Part shown: positions 1 to 9,316 of the stretch, one piece after another
How positions within the stretch are numbered: position 1 is the stretch's first letter
How the letters are laid out: every line of letters begins with the position of its first letter
From: a virus
Taxonomy: Duplodnaviria > Caudoviricetes
Length of the DNA: 64,000 bases
Direction: 5' to 3' (one strand)
IMG/VR virus record: IMGVR_UViG_3300024259_001623
Position numbers and translations under genes: made by a program
The notes under the pieces: generated by a model
What the model saw: only the letters and a program-made list of their open reading frames with translations
Database searches by the model: none
Told to the model about the DNA's origin: nothing

Positions 1-74
1 CTGTATACAAAAGTGTATACTGTATACTGTGGGTGCATACTTGTATACACATCTATTTTATTTTACAATTGATT

Positions 75-479
75 TTATTCATCGATTAGTGCTTGTCTTT
101 GTTTAGGAGTAAGTAGTTTAATAGCTTTTTCGTACATATTGGCTTTAGCTTCTAGTGGGTCCGTTGCATATTCTGTTCTGAAGAATTTATCCATAAGATC
201 ATTAACATCTAGGGCTTTCATAAGTTCTTCGTTATTTTGAACTAGTGTTAGTTGTTCTGTTTCTAGTGTTCCATTGTTTCCTTTAGTTACTGTGGGTTCT
301 TCTTTCTTTTGAGGGGTTATTTCTTTACCATCTACAAGGACTTTAGCATTATGTATTTCAGCTAGTGTTATAACTTCTTGTAGGTCATTTTTGTGTACTA
401 TAGTATTTCCTCTCCATATATGTGTTAGCATATAGAGAGTCATGGAATCGTTATAATCTGCTACGAATCTATTTTCCAT
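75..479 (-). CDS. hypothetical protein
   Basis: 134-aa ORF in the minus-strand gene train; no motif recognised. Confidence 0.6.
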   Translation of the reverse strand: MENRFVADYNDSMTLYMLTHIWRGNTIVHKNDLQEVITLAEIHNAKVLVDGKEITPQKKEEPTVTKGNNGTLETEQLTLVQNNEELMKALDVNDLMDKFFRTEYATDPLEAKANMYEKAIKLLTPKQRQALIDE

Positions 480-512
480 CTGTTATTAGTTTAATTGTTA
501 TATTCATAGTTA

Positions 513-698
513 TTACCAGGGCATACCTCTTGGTGGTACTTTAGCTGCTTTTCTTACTCTATTAAGTTCATCATTTGTTATATGCAGTTCATTATTTAGT
601 CTTTTTATTTCTTTTTGTAGTAGTGTGATTTGTTCTGTGAATTTATCATTTAATTCTTTGAATTTATCATCCATTTCGTCTTTTTCTTGGTTTGTCAT
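513..698 (-). CDS. small coiled-coil hypothetical protein
   Basis: 61 aa, heptad-like E/K/L pattern, GAAG purine stretch upstream. Confidence 0.55.
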   Translation of the reverse strand: MTNQEKDEMDDKFKELNDKFTEQITLLQKEIKRLNNELHITNDELNRVRKAAKVPPRGMPW

Positions 699-748
699 TT
701 TATTATTCTTCTTTTATTGTTGGGTTTTTATTATTATGCGAAAAATAT

Positions 749-991
749 TTAATCTAGTATAATATCGATAACATCTTCATCATCTGTGACTGGTGTGAAG
801 TTTTCTGTATGCATACCTGTAAAGACTTTATTATCTTTCATTCTAATAACTGTGCAGTGTCCTGGCATTTGTATAATATCTCCGAGATATATAAATACAT
901 CATCATGTTCTAGTCCTATGTTTCTATATTCGTAGTGATATTTTGTGGGTAACGAGTCCATATCGAATTTTACTAATGTATTATTTTCCAT
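749..991 (-). CDS. hypothetical phage protein
   Basis: 80 aa, tightly packed with neighbours. Confidence 0.6.
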   Translation of the reverse strand: MENNTLVKFDMDSLPTKYHYEYRNIGLEHDDVFIYLGDIIQMPGHCTVIRMKDNKVFTGMHTENFTPVTDDEDVIDIILD

Positions 992-1151
992 TATTCTTCT
1001 TTAATAAAATCTCTTTTTATAATGATATTGAAGTATTCGGGGTGAGTATTGACAAGACTCCCGATAGCTTCCATTGGAGTTTTACCGCATCCCCACATGC
1101 CGTTTTCTGCTTCTGCATGGTAGTCATTTAATCTTTTTGTAACTGTTATAT

Positions 1152-1622
1152 TCATAGTGTGCTTTCTTTTTCTACCCAATCTTTAAGCATATTCTCTTCG
1201 GTTATATCATTTTGTACGACTTTTCCATCTTTTACGAATACTTCTTCTTTTACTACTTTACCGCTTTGGTTTTCTTTTATAATATCTTTTTTAGTATTGT
1301 CATCAGCCATTTGATTGATTTCATCTACAAGGTTATTCATATCTGTTTGTAGTTGTTCTTTTTCTAGTGCATCTACTACGGTTTGTGACATTTCGTTATA
1401 ATCAACTTTTGTGCGATTTTTTTCTTCTGTATAGTGGATTAACCATAGTATTGCTGCAACTGCGAGTGCTGGTGGACCTAGAAGTGCCCAGGGGATAAAG
1501 AAGATTTTACTTGGTATTCTACCTTCTTTTCTTTCTAGTTTAGTAACTGACTTATAGGCAATATATGAGGTTGTTGCCCATATTGATAAGATAAAGATTG
1601 TCCAAAGTATTGTAGTGATCAT
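1152..1622 (-). CDS. membrane protein with two N-terminal TM helices
   Basis: MITTILWTIFILSIW... and WALLGPP motif resembling the small membrane paralogs at 3406-4306. Confidence 0.65.
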   Translation of the reverse strand: MITTILWTIFILSIWATTSYIAYKSVTKLERKEGRIPSKIFFIPWALLGPPALAVAAILWLIHYTEEKNRTKVDYNEMSQTVVDALEKEQLQTDMNNLVDEINQMADDNTKKDIIKENQSGKVVKEEVFVKDGKVVQNDITEENMLKDWVEKESTL

Positions 1623-1666
1623 TGTTATTTCTTCTTTCTTTATTATAGATTTATTGTTATGCGAAA

Positions 1667-2278
1667 TTAATTTCTTGGGTATACATCTTTATAAAAGAGT
1701 GATTTATACCGATCATCTATATATTGTTTTCTTGCATCATGTTGTTGATCATAGAAGTATTGTGTTTTTGTATCGAAGCGCTTATCATCGAAGCGCTTAT
1801 CATAGAATTGTTTCACTACAGGGTAATCATCGTCATTGAAGAATATCTTTGTATGATCTTTGTCAAAGAAATCCCCTCGTGCAGATTTTGCTGCTTGTTT
1901 AGTGTTCATCAGGTCTTTTCGTTTGACATAGACTTTAGTAAAGACAGCATCTTCATTATCCCCTACTGCTACTAATGCATCTCTTGTAACAATAACTGGA
2001 AGAATAACTTGGTAGCTCCAATTATCGCTTGCTATGGCTTTTGCGAGTGAAGTATAGACATGAATGCCTTTATAAATTCGAGGTACTAACTTTTCCTCAA
2101 CGCTCAGGTCTGTCATTAGTCTATCTGACTGGTTACATCCTGGTTTATATGTAAAGTCTTGATATAAAGACCTTACTTCATCTCCAGTTACTCTAACAAC
2201 CTTATACATGGTGAGATCACCACCATCTAGTCGTGTTAGCATTTGTAACGTTTTTGCTACATCCATTCTAAGGCACAT
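1667..2278 (-). CDS. MC[LC]-GIHV paralog family, copy 1
   Basis: MCL start; MYKVV, Y.PG, SDR, GIHVYTS, ILPVIV, AVFTKVYV motifs. Confidence 0.8.
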   Translation of the reverse strand: MCLRMDVAKTLQMLTRLDGGDLTMYKVVRVTGDEVRSLYQDFTYKPGCNQSDRLMTDLSVEEKLVPRIYKGIHVYTSLAKAIASDNWSYQVILPVIVTRDALVAVGDNEDAVFTKVYVKRKDLMNTKQAAKSARGDFFDKDHTKIFFNDDDYPVVKQFYDKRFDDKRFDTKTQYFYDQQHDARKQYIDDRYKSLFYKDVYPRN

Positions 2279-2369
2279 TTTATTATCCTTTCGATGTTTC
2301 GTCTAGTCATCTGGATTTTGGAGATTTTTTCAGGGGTGCGAAAAAAATTACCAGTTTTGTTTATTTCTA

Positions 2370-2398
2370 TTGACAAAGTATCCTATTGGTACTAGAAT
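2370..2398 (+). promoter_or_regulatory. sigma70-consensus promoter pointing against the gene flow
   Basis: TTGACA-N17-TAGAAT in the 2279-2430 intergenic gap. Confidence 0.55.
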
Positions 2399-2430
2399 CC
2401 ACTAGATTAAGGTGTAAATCATTAATTCTA

Positions 2431-2913
2431 TCATTTGGTTCTAGCCCTTGCTTTAAATAACCTTTCCCATCCCATCCATTGAGTTATTGCTTTAAATAAC
2501 CTTTCCCATCCCATCCATTGAGTTATTGCATGTTCAAGGTCTGCTTCGTCTATATCAATTTTCATAAAAACTGCATCTCTTTCCCCTGCTCCAATAAAAT
2601 CTTCTTTTTTTACTATAACGGGAATGATTTTTTCCCATTTTGCTCTACATTCTTGTCCTTGAGAAGCTGCCCATCTTGTTGTAAAGACGTGGATACCTTT
2701 ACGGATTATTTGTCTATTCCTTTCATCTTCTGTCAATGATATTGATTCTCTATCAGAGACATTTACGCCTGGATTATAGACATATTCAGAATAGTATAGA
2801 CCTTTTGGAGTGCCTTTCCTTACATCTACTATCTTATACATAGTCATTTGTCCAAAGTCATCGAACAATTTTGATAGATGTTTGGTATTTAATTCACTTA
2901 TTTCTAAGCACAT
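2431..2913 (-). CDS. MC[LC]-GIHV paralog family, copy 2
   Basis: family motifs; C-terminal 13-aa duplication. Confidence 0.8.
   Translation of the reverse strand: MCLEISELNTKHLSKLFDDFGQMTMYKIVDVRKGTPKGLYYSEYVYNPGVNVSDRESISLTEDERNRQIIRKGIHVFTTRWAASQGQECRAKWEKIIPVIVKKEDFIGAGERDAVFMKIDIDEADLEHAITQWMGWERLFKAITQWMGWERLFKARARTK
2448..2529. repeat. 39-bp perfect tandem duplication, in frame (AITQWMGWERLFK x2)
   Basis: ttgctttaaataacctttcccatcccatccattgagtta at 2448-2486 and 2487-2525. Confidence 0.95.
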
Positions 2914-2925
2914 TTTATATTCCTA

Positions 2926-3375
2926 TTAAGGTTGACTCGCATTGATATGGGGCAGTCTTCCATTCATAATCTTATCATATATTGATTGTTTAACAAAGAC
3001 TTTCATAAATACGGCTTCATTGTTTTTGCCGCCCATAACGAAGTCTTTTTCTTCGACCATAACAGGGAGAAGAACTTCGCTCATATATGCGGAGAATCTT
3101 TGGGCTTGTGCTAATGTAGTATATACATGAATACCGGCGTTTATGACTCCAGCATGTTTTTCATTATCTGTGAGCCAAATTAGGGGTCTACTTGATTTGT
3201 TCCATCCTGGAATATATTCAAGTTCTCTATGGATAGATATTAGTTGTTTTTTTCTACCTTGAGTAGTTACATTGTCAACCATGTCTACTATTTTGTACAT
3301 AGCTAGTTGACCTTTACTCTTTGCGAACATGGCTTTGATTTTATTTGTTTCTTCTTTGTTGATTATCAGGCACAT
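2926..3375 (-). CDS. MC[LC]-GIHV paralog family, copy 3
   Basis: MCL, MYKIV, YIPGWN, GIHVYTT, AVFMKVFV. Confidence 0.8.
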   Translation of the reverse strand: MCLIINKEETNKIKAMFAKSKGQLAMYKIVDMVDNVTTQGRKKQLISIHRELEYIPGWNKSSRPLIWLTDNEKHAGVINAGIHVYTTLAQAQRFSAYMSEVLLPVMVEEKDFVMGGKNNEAVFMKVFVKQSIYDKIMNGRLPHINASQP

Positions 3376-3405
3376 TGTATTTCTTCTTTTATTATGCGAA
3401 AAATA

Positions 3406-3651
3406 TTACCATTTTGAGGGTGAATCATTGTTAAACAATTTATCGATTGGCTTCTCGAATATAAACAAGAGCAGCAATAGAAAGCAAGCTATAATACCGA
3501 AAAGCATAGACATGGCAATAGTTTCGTTTCTATATCCTACTGTCCAAGCTAATGTGGGAAATGTCTTACGATGTTCTCTTCTTAATAGTTTGTATGTTAT
3601 AATAGGGCAGACAACAAACCAAAGTACAAGTATAATTATCAATGTAGTCAT
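3406..3651 (-). CDS. small two-TM membrane protein (tandem paralog 1 of 4)
   Basis: hydrophobic N-terminus, W-T motif, second TM, ends SKW. Confidence 0.7.
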   Translation of the reverse strand: MTTLIIILVLWFVVCPIITYKLLRREHRKTFPTLAWTVGYRNETIAMSMLFGIIACFLLLLLFIFEKPIDKLFNNDSPSKW

Positions 3652-3663
3652 ATTAAGTTCCTT

Positions 3664-3891
3664 TTACCATTTTGCTGGTTTATCGCCTCTATCAGGGTGA
3701 ACTCCATCGACAACAAACGAAATAACCAAAGCAAGAGGTCCAAGTAAAGACAAAGCAATGACCATTCTTCTATCGTTTGTTGTCCACAAACCAGTTTGAT
3801 AAGTAATTGCCTTTTTTATACGAGGATATGTTAAAACTGAACAAATCAACCAAATGAATATAATCATGAATATAATCAAAAATGTAGTCAT
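3664..3891 (-). CDS. small two-TM membrane protein (paralog 2 of 4)
   Basis: MTTFLII..W..., LLGP, ends AKW like paralog 1. Confidence 0.7.
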   Translation of the reverse strand: MTTFLIIFMIIFIWLICSVLTYPRIKKAITYQTGLWTTNDRRMVIALSLLGPLALVISFVVDGVHPDRGDKPAKW

Positions 3892-4091
3892 CTTATATCT
3901 CCGTTATGATCTCGAAAAAATACTACTTCTAGTATCAAACACCAAGGAGCGAAAAACAAGCAAATCAATGCTGTTTCTATGCTATAAGCCCCAGTCCAAA
4001 CTGGGTATATTTTCATCTCTCTATGCTTGACCATATAATATGATGAAACTGCTAAAATCAGCCATATACAAATAACAATAAACTGTATCAT
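3888..4091 (-). CDS. small two-TM membrane protein (paralog 3 of 4)
   Basis: same layout, ATGA overlap with neighbour. Confidence 0.65.
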   Translation of the reverse strand: MIQFIVICIWLILAVSSYYMVKHREMKIYPVWTGAYSIETALICLFFAPWCLILEVVFFRDHNGDIR

Positions 4092-4306
4092 TTTTCTTCC
4101 TTTTGGGTCAATTTATGATAACCAGAGACCAGCACGGTAATGACCAAAAGTGGACCTGCGATCAGGGAAGCATATATCATATCTGATGTATTACCTTTTC
4201 CCCAAGACAGGTTCCTCACTTCTCTTTTAATGAGCAAAAAAGCTATGGTCGAGGATATCAACCAAACCCCTACAATGCTTAATAATATAATATATAAAAT
4301 AGTCAT
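4088..4306 (-). CDS. small two-TM membrane protein (paralog 4 of 4)
   Basis: same layout, IAGP motif. Confidence 0.65.
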   Translation of the reverse strand: MTILYIILLSIVGVWLISSTIAFLLIKREVRNLSWGKGNTSDMIYASLIAGPLLVITVLVSGYHKLTQKEEK

Positions 4307-4313
4307 ATAACAC

Positions 4314-4496
4314 CTATGGTCCCGAAGGCAATTCCGTCCAAGCCTTTATCTTTTTCGAGGATATTTCTTCTCTTGCCCACGAGTCTTGTCGCATCCATTT
4401 TCCATAGCGATAATAGGCAACAATATAAACGTTTCTTGTAGTAATAACTAGTACATCTCTGGCGTCATCGGGTAATTGCATTTCATTCCAAGACAT
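4314..4496 (-). CDS. DUF551-like small phage protein
   Basis: W...LP...VLV...AYY...W...AWTELP pattern. Confidence 0.6.
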   Translation of the reverse strand: MSWNEMQLPDDARDVLVITTRNVYIVAYYRYGKWMRQDSWAREEISSKKIKAWTELPSGP

Positions 4497-4510
4497 TCTG
4501 TTGCTCCTTG

Positions 4511-4738
4511 TTATGCTCTCTCCATAGAGATAGTTTCTACGAATAAATCTCCGACTTGTACTCCATCATAAAAGTCATCATCTTCATTGAAATCATCGAA
4601 CAGTTTTTTAGATTTTGGTATGCACGTTTTTGTTGCATCTTCTATTAGCATAACAACTGTACAGTTCTCAAATGAGCAGGCATATCCACCTTTATCGCAG
4701 AAGCCTGATACTTGCATTGTATTCTTAATTACTGACAT
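4511..4738 (-). CDS. hypothetical protein
   Basis: 75 aa, GGAG RBS upstream. Confidence 0.55.
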   Translation of the reverse strand: MSVIKNTMQVSGFCDKGGYACSFENCTVVMLIEDATKTCIPKSKKLFDDFNEDDDFYDGVQVGDLFVETISMERA

Positions 4739-4841
4739 TTTATTGATCTATCCCATTTAGAAAATTTTTATAGGTTTTATAGGTTTTTATAAAACTGACT
4801 ATTTATTATAAGAGTTATTCACCTATTTTGTCATAACTTCT

Positions 4842-5315
4842 TTATTCGCAAGCAGTTGTAGAACATTTTTTAGAAAAAAGATGTAATCTGTCGGCGATTG
4901 CTTTGCCATAATCTTCTTTATTTAGAAAAACTTTCATGAAAACTGCCTCATGATTTGTTCCTGCTCTAATAAAATCTTCTTCTAGGACTGTCACAGGAAC
5001 AATAATTTCCTCATCAAATATGAGTCGGGAAAGGGCTTCTGACTTATTTGTATAGACATGGATACCTAAACAGATTTCTTTTGAACGGTGATCCACATAT
5101 TCCGACGTTCTGCTAGATTCATTTTTGCCTGGTAAAAAAATCATTTTTTGAAAAGGAGTTATCAAAGCTAAATCTTGGAAACCATAGGCTCCTTCTACTG
5201 TATCTAGCACTAACATCTTCCACATAATGGTTTTACCGCCATTATCTTTCAATGTTCTTTTGACTCGTTTGGTTCTTTTATCATCAATTTTAAGACACAT
5301 TATTAGATACCTCAA
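4842..5315 (-). CDS. MC[LC]-GIHV paralog family, copy 4 (true start probably MCLKIDD)
   Basis: KRTKRVKRTLK, MWK, GIHVYTN, VPVTV, AVFMKVFL. Confidence 0.8.
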   Translation of the reverse strand: MRYLIMCLKIDDKRTKRVKRTLKDNGGKTIMWKMLVLDTVEGAYGFQDLALITPFQKMIFLPGKNESSRTSEYVDHRSKEICLGIHVYTNKSEALSRLIFDEEIIVPVTVLEEDFIRAGTNHEAVFMKVFLNKEDYGKAIADRLHLFSKKCSTTACE

Positions 5316-5733
5316 TCTGTTTTATTGCATCAATTGTTTTATTATAAGCCTCTTTGTCAAGATGTACTTTAACAAAAACAGCATCTTCATCATCGCCAGC
5401 AGCAACAAAATCCTTTTCTCTTACTGTTACAGGAACAATAATTTCATCCGGTTTCATATAATGCTTGGCCCGAGCAATACTTGTAAAAACATGAATGCCA
5501 TGTTCTACTTCTCTTCTTGCTTTCTCATCTATAGACAAATCTTTTCCATAATCTCTGTCAGATACATTATCCCCTGGAGAAAAGACTTTCTCTATGAAAG
5601 GACTAACCAATTCATATTGACCATCAGCTTTTTGGCGGTACCTTAACCTTTTGAGCATAACGCCTTTGCCATTATTTTTTCTGAGTTCTTTTAGAATTTC
5701 TTCGGTGTTACGAACATGTATATAAAGACACAT
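5290..5733 (-). CDS. MC[LC]-GIHV paralog family, copy 5
   Basis: family motifs. Confidence 0.8.
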   Translation of the reverse strand: MCLYIHVRNTEEILKELRKNNGKGVMLKRLRYRQKADGQYELVSPFIEKVFSPGDNVSDRDYGKDLSIDEKARREVEHGIHVFTSIARAKHYMKPDEIIVPVTVREKDFVAAGDDEDAVFVKVHLDKEAYNKTIDAIKQIEVSNNVS

Positions 5734-5736
5734 AGC

Positions 5737-6171
5737 TTACTCCAAATTCCAAGGCAAGGCTTTACTATAATCTTTTTCAGATAAATGAATCCGATTAAAA
5801 ACGGCATCATAATCATTGCCCGCAGCTATAAAGTCTATTTTCCTTACTCTGACAGGGACAACAACGTAGACCTCTTGGTTACAAAGCCACTCTCTTTTCC
5901 ACTTCAATGCCTCTTTATTATTAGTGAAAACATGAATCCCATGATAAATGATTCCAGTTATCATTTCATGATCAGTAAGTTCGGCGGATACTCCTAAATG
6001 TACATGCCTATTAGAATCATTAATCCCTGGAAGATATTTTGTATAATGATAAGGAGCAATCAATTCACCATTCGATCTACGAAGTATCTTCCACATAACA
6101 CATATATCATCATGCTCTTTAAGAGTTCTAAGAACCCTTTTTGTCCGTTTTTTGTTAATAGCTAAACACAT
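5737..6171 (-). CDS. MC[LC]-GIHV paralog family, copy 6
   Basis: family motifs. Confidence 0.8.
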   Translation of the reverse strand: MCLAINKKRTKRVLRTLKEHDDICVMWKILRRSNGELIAPYHYTKYLPGINDSNRHVHLGVSAELTDHEMITGIIYHGIHVFTNNKEALKWKREWLCNQEVYVVVPVRVRKIDFIAAGNDYDAVFNRIHLSEKDYSKALPWNLE

Positions 6172-6254
6172 GTTATTTCACCCTTTCAATGTTGTTGTCC
6201 CGCCGCCATGCGATCTTTTTAGTGAACTAGAACAGGGATAACAACTTCACTATT

Positions 6255-6728
6255 TCATTTCTCAAACGATGCAAGATATTTTTTGTAATCTTCTATAGCT
6301 TGATCATAATCTTTTTTGGCAAGAAAAACTTTTGTAAAAGCAGCATCATAATTCTGACCAGCAGCTACAAAATCTTTTAACTGTACTGTAACAGGTACAG
6401 CAACTTCAAAATCATGTTTGAATTCTTTAACTCTTTTGAGATTTGTTAAGACATGAATCCCAAGTTCAATATCCTGAAATGGATTAGAACTATATGGCCT
6501 ATACACCAAAGATTCTTGTTTAGTAAGTTTTGTGCCCTTCCTATTCGATTTATTCCAACCAGGAAAATATCTTGTTTTCATAAATGGAGTCTCAACAATA
6601 TATTTTTTACCTTTATGGTCGGGTATTGGTCTGACTATCAAAACTTTCCACATGGTAGCCTTTCCGCCGCGATCCTTTAAAGTACGCAAAACTCGTTTAG
6701 TTCTTTTGTCATCAGTTTTTAGGCACAT
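6255..6728 (-). CDS. MC[LC]-GIHV paralog family, copy 7
   Basis: family motifs. Confidence 0.8.
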   Translation of the reverse strand: MCLKTDDKRTKRVLRTLKDRGGKATMWKVLIVRPIPDHKGKKYIVETPFMKTRYFPGWNKSNRKGTKLTKQESLVYRPYSSNPFQDIELGIHVLTNLKRVKEFKHDFEVAVPVTVQLKDFVAAGQNYDAAFTKVFLAKKDYDQAIEDYKKYLASFEK

Positions 6729-7195
6729 GTTATTTCTCCTATTGCTTTTTTATATTCTTCTTTTGAAAGATGAACTTTTGTAAATACGGCTTCATAACGA
6801 CATCCGGCAGCAACAAAATCTTTTAATCTTACAGTCACAGGAACCAAAACCTCCCAAAAACTTTTAGCTTCTAAAGCTTTTTGTTTATTGGTATATACAT
6901 GAATTCCTTTATAAACTGCTTCACATTTTTTTTCTATAACCGAGATATCGGTTGACTTCCTATTAGAAACATTATCCCCAGGCGAATATTCATATCCTTC
7001 TACAGGACTGATTAAAATATTTTTTGTTTTGTAATCGAAACCCCTTAGCGGGCTGGTTGAATAGTAACCCAAATTTTTTAGTTTAAGACGTTTCCACATA
7101 ACGGTTTGACCACCATTATCTTTCAAAGTTCTTCTAACTCTTTTGGTTCTTTTTTCATTGATATTGAGACACATGTTATTTCTTCCTTTAATCAA
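6719..7195 (-). CDS. MC[LC]-GIHV paralog family, copy 8 (true start probably MCLNINE)
   Basis: family motifs. Confidence 0.8.
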   Translation of the reverse strand: MIKGRNNMCLNINEKRTKRVRRTLKDNGGQTVMWKRLKLKNLGYYSTSPLRGFDYKTKNILISPVEGYEYSPGDNVSNRKSTDISVIEKKCEAVYKGIHVYTNKQKALEAKSFWEVLVPVTVRLKDFVAAGCRYEAVFTKVHLSKEEYKKAIGEITCA

Positions 7196-7219
7196 TGCTG
7201 CTCTAAAAATTAAGCTTAA

Positions 7220-7292
7220 TAGACCCGAGTGGATTCAAACCACTAACCTCACCCTTATAAGGGGTGCGCTCTGTCAATTGAGCTACGAGTCT
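7220..7292 (-). tRNA. tRNA-Ile(UAU)
   Basis: cloverleaf; anticodon arm CACCC-CT TAT AA-GGGTG; T loop TTTGAAT. Confidence 0.85.
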
Positions 7293-7354
7293 TTATTTAC
7301 CATTTACAATAGCTACCAATTATGCTACAATTCCTTTTACCATAACACTTTATA

Positions 7355-7371
7355 AATTGAGCTACGAGTCC
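7355..7371 (-). pseudogene. duplicated 5' fragment of the tRNA-Ile(UAU)
   Basis: aattgagctacgagtc repeated from 7276-7291. Confidence 0.55.
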
Positions 7372-7378
7372 TTTTGCT

Positions 7379-7660
7379 TTATTCGGTGATATCGCTTTTG
7401 AATTCTTCCTTCTTTCTTTTTTCTTTTCTCTCTTTATAATCTTCAAATATTTCTTTATATTCGTTAAAAGTAATTTTGCCATCTTCCAAAGCCTTTTGCG
7501 TTTGGCATTTCACTTCATCGTCAGACGAAGACAATCGAGCTAACACTTCATAAGTCCCTGAATCTACTTCTTTGTGCGCTCTTTGATAACTGGCAAACCC
7601 AAAGGCTAAAGCTATCATAAAAGCAAAAATAATTAAAACTATAATATGTTCTTTTGTCAT
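7379..7660 (-). CDS. single-TM 'DGKI' family protein
   Basis: N-terminal TM, then Y..L...ALEDGKIT..EY; shared with 10222-11358. Confidence 0.7.
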   Translation of the reverse strand: MTKEHIIVLIIFAFMIALAFGFASYQRAHKEVDSGTYEVLARLSSSDDEVKCQTQKALEDGKITFNEYKEIFEDYKERKEKRKKEEFKSDITE

Positions 7661-7671
7661 AATATATCTCC

Positions 7672-8121
7672 TTACCAGCTTACTGAGATAAGGTAATCTC
7701 CATAAGGCAGAAAACCTTTATTCGCTAAGAAAAGAAGAAATTGTTCTAAACCAAAACAACTAACAGAACGAGTAACTTTGCCTGTTGAGTCTTTAGTTTC
7801 CCAAATCAAATCTTCTTCTTCCGATATTTCACCTTCTTTTATAGTCACACTATAACTGGTATCATTAGGGCTATCATTCAGTTCTAGTCGAGAATCAAAA
7901 CCTAGACATTTAGCAGCATATTCATCTAAGCCTAGTTTGCCTTCTTTTCGTACCCATGCGTAAGTAAACCAATCCAAACAATAAACATGTTTTTCCTCAA
8001 AAGCAATTTCTTCTGGCATCTTATCCATTTTTCTTTCCTCTTTTGATTTTTCTTTTTTTCTTAACGTCTTTAAATTCCCAGAGTTGTGACCAACGTGAAC
8101 TATTCCAGCCTGGAGTATCAA
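7672..8121 (-). CDS. hypothetical protein (start probably MDKMPEE)
   Basis: coherent acidic C-terminal part; N-terminal extension overlaps the upstream gene. Confidence 0.55.
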   Translation of the reverse strand: MILQAGIVHVGHNSGNLKTLRKKEKSKEERKMDKMPEEIAFEEKHVYCLDWFTYAWVRKEGKLGLDEYAAKCLGFDSRLELNDSPNDTSYSVTIKEGEISEEEDLIWETKDSTGKVTRSVSCFGLEQFLLFLANKGFLPYGDYLISVSW

Positions 8122-8323
8122 ATTGTAATCCTACTCCCATCCCGAAATCACACGCAAAGTGTAATCCATACCATTGTTCTTGAAAATATCCAACATAATA
8201 TTTATAACCAAATCTGTCATTTTTACCTATTTTAGCCAAGTACAAATTATCTTTACCCAATTTAATATCAGGATGATTATGTTCCTTGCCCTTAGATAAA
8301 TCTATTTCTGTTAATTTAATCAT
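8021..8323 (-). CDS. hypothetical protein
   Basis: 100 aa, aromatic-rich, GAGG RBS. Confidence 0.6.
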   Translation of the reverse strand: MIKLTEIDLSKGKEHNHPDIKLGKDNLYLAKIGKNDRFGYKYYVGYFQEQWYGLHFACDFGMGVGLQFDTPGWNSSRWSQLWEFKDVKKKRKIKRGKKNG

Positions 8324-8958
8324 TTTATTACCTCAAAACGACTTCGTGAGCATCATTACATTCTTCGCAAAAAACATAAACGCTCAATTCGTTTTCCTTA
8401 CCGTTGCCAGCGTCACAATTAGTACAAGGAGAAAAAAACTAAAGTCTATGGAGCTAACTTCATCTTCTACTATCTTGCCGGTTTTCGGACATTTGAATCT
8501 TATGATAGTTTCTTCTAGTTTCGCTTTTTCTGACATTGTTATTCTCTTTTAAAATTTAGTATAATTTTTATGGTAGCCGCATTTAGTACATGTCACTGAA
8601 ACACGGGTTATTTTATTCGAAAATATAGCATCATCAAAACAATTTTTAGTAACTATAGTGCATTCTTTCTCTTCAGTTTTCCAGTCATGCTTACAAAAAC
8701 ATTCTCGTAGATAATTAATAATAAATTTCATTGTTTATCTCCTATTTACTTCTTCGACTTCACAATCAGGCATGAAAGCAGCATTTTGGGTCATATGATC
8801 TCTTTGCATACAATAGAAAACCATAGAACATTCATCATTACCATGTAAAGGAATGAATGCTCCCTTATACCATACCAATCCACGGCCAAGAGTAGGCACA
8901 ATAAAATGCGATCCTTCAGTCAAATCTTTCAATTGTGTCATGTTTGATCTCCTTAAAC

Positions 8959-9032
8959 TGGGCCTACTAGGACTTGAACCTAGAACCTTCGCATTATGAG
9001 TGCGCTGCGCTAACCGATTACGCCATAGGCCC
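8959..9032 (-). tRNA. tRNA with CAU anticodon, probably Ile2 (lysidine type)
   Basis: GGGCCTA acceptor, GCGCA-CT CAT AA-TGCGA, A discriminator; lacks initiator GGG/CCC stem. Confidence 0.8.
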
Positions 9033-9041
9033 GATACATAT

Positions 9042-9236
9042 TTATACAGGTTGATGAGGCAATGATGCCCAATGAGTTACTTTCCCTAATATTAAATAAT
9101 GTCTTCCTGATGAAGCAGTATACCAAGAGTCAACACTTTTGATATATATAGCGATATCAATAGATCCATGAGAAACTAAAACTCTTGTCTCTTGTTCAGG
9201 CATAACATCTTCAACTTTATTCCAAGTGTCATACAT
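9042..9236 (-). CDS. DUF551-like small phage protein
   Basis: WNKVEDVMPE..RVLV...VTHWASLP. Confidence 0.7.
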   Translation of the reverse strand: MYDTWNKVEDVMPEQETRVLVSHGSIDIAIYIKSVDSWYTASSGRHYLILGKVTHWASLPHQPV

Positions 9237-9316
9237 TTTTATTCCTTTCCAAGTAATATAAAGGCTCCCGATAACGCCGGTGGTATACCGCTTAATCGTT
9301 AGGGTCGCTCTTATAT

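Noticed and set aside
4761-4800. Short repeats (ataggtttt x2) as regulatory sites
   Set aside because: Low-complexity AT-rich sequence expected by chance in this genome.
1667-7195. Diversity-generating retroelement behind the MC[LC] paralogs
   Set aside because: There is no reverse transcriptase and no near-identical TR/VR pair differing at adenines; the copies diverge throughout.
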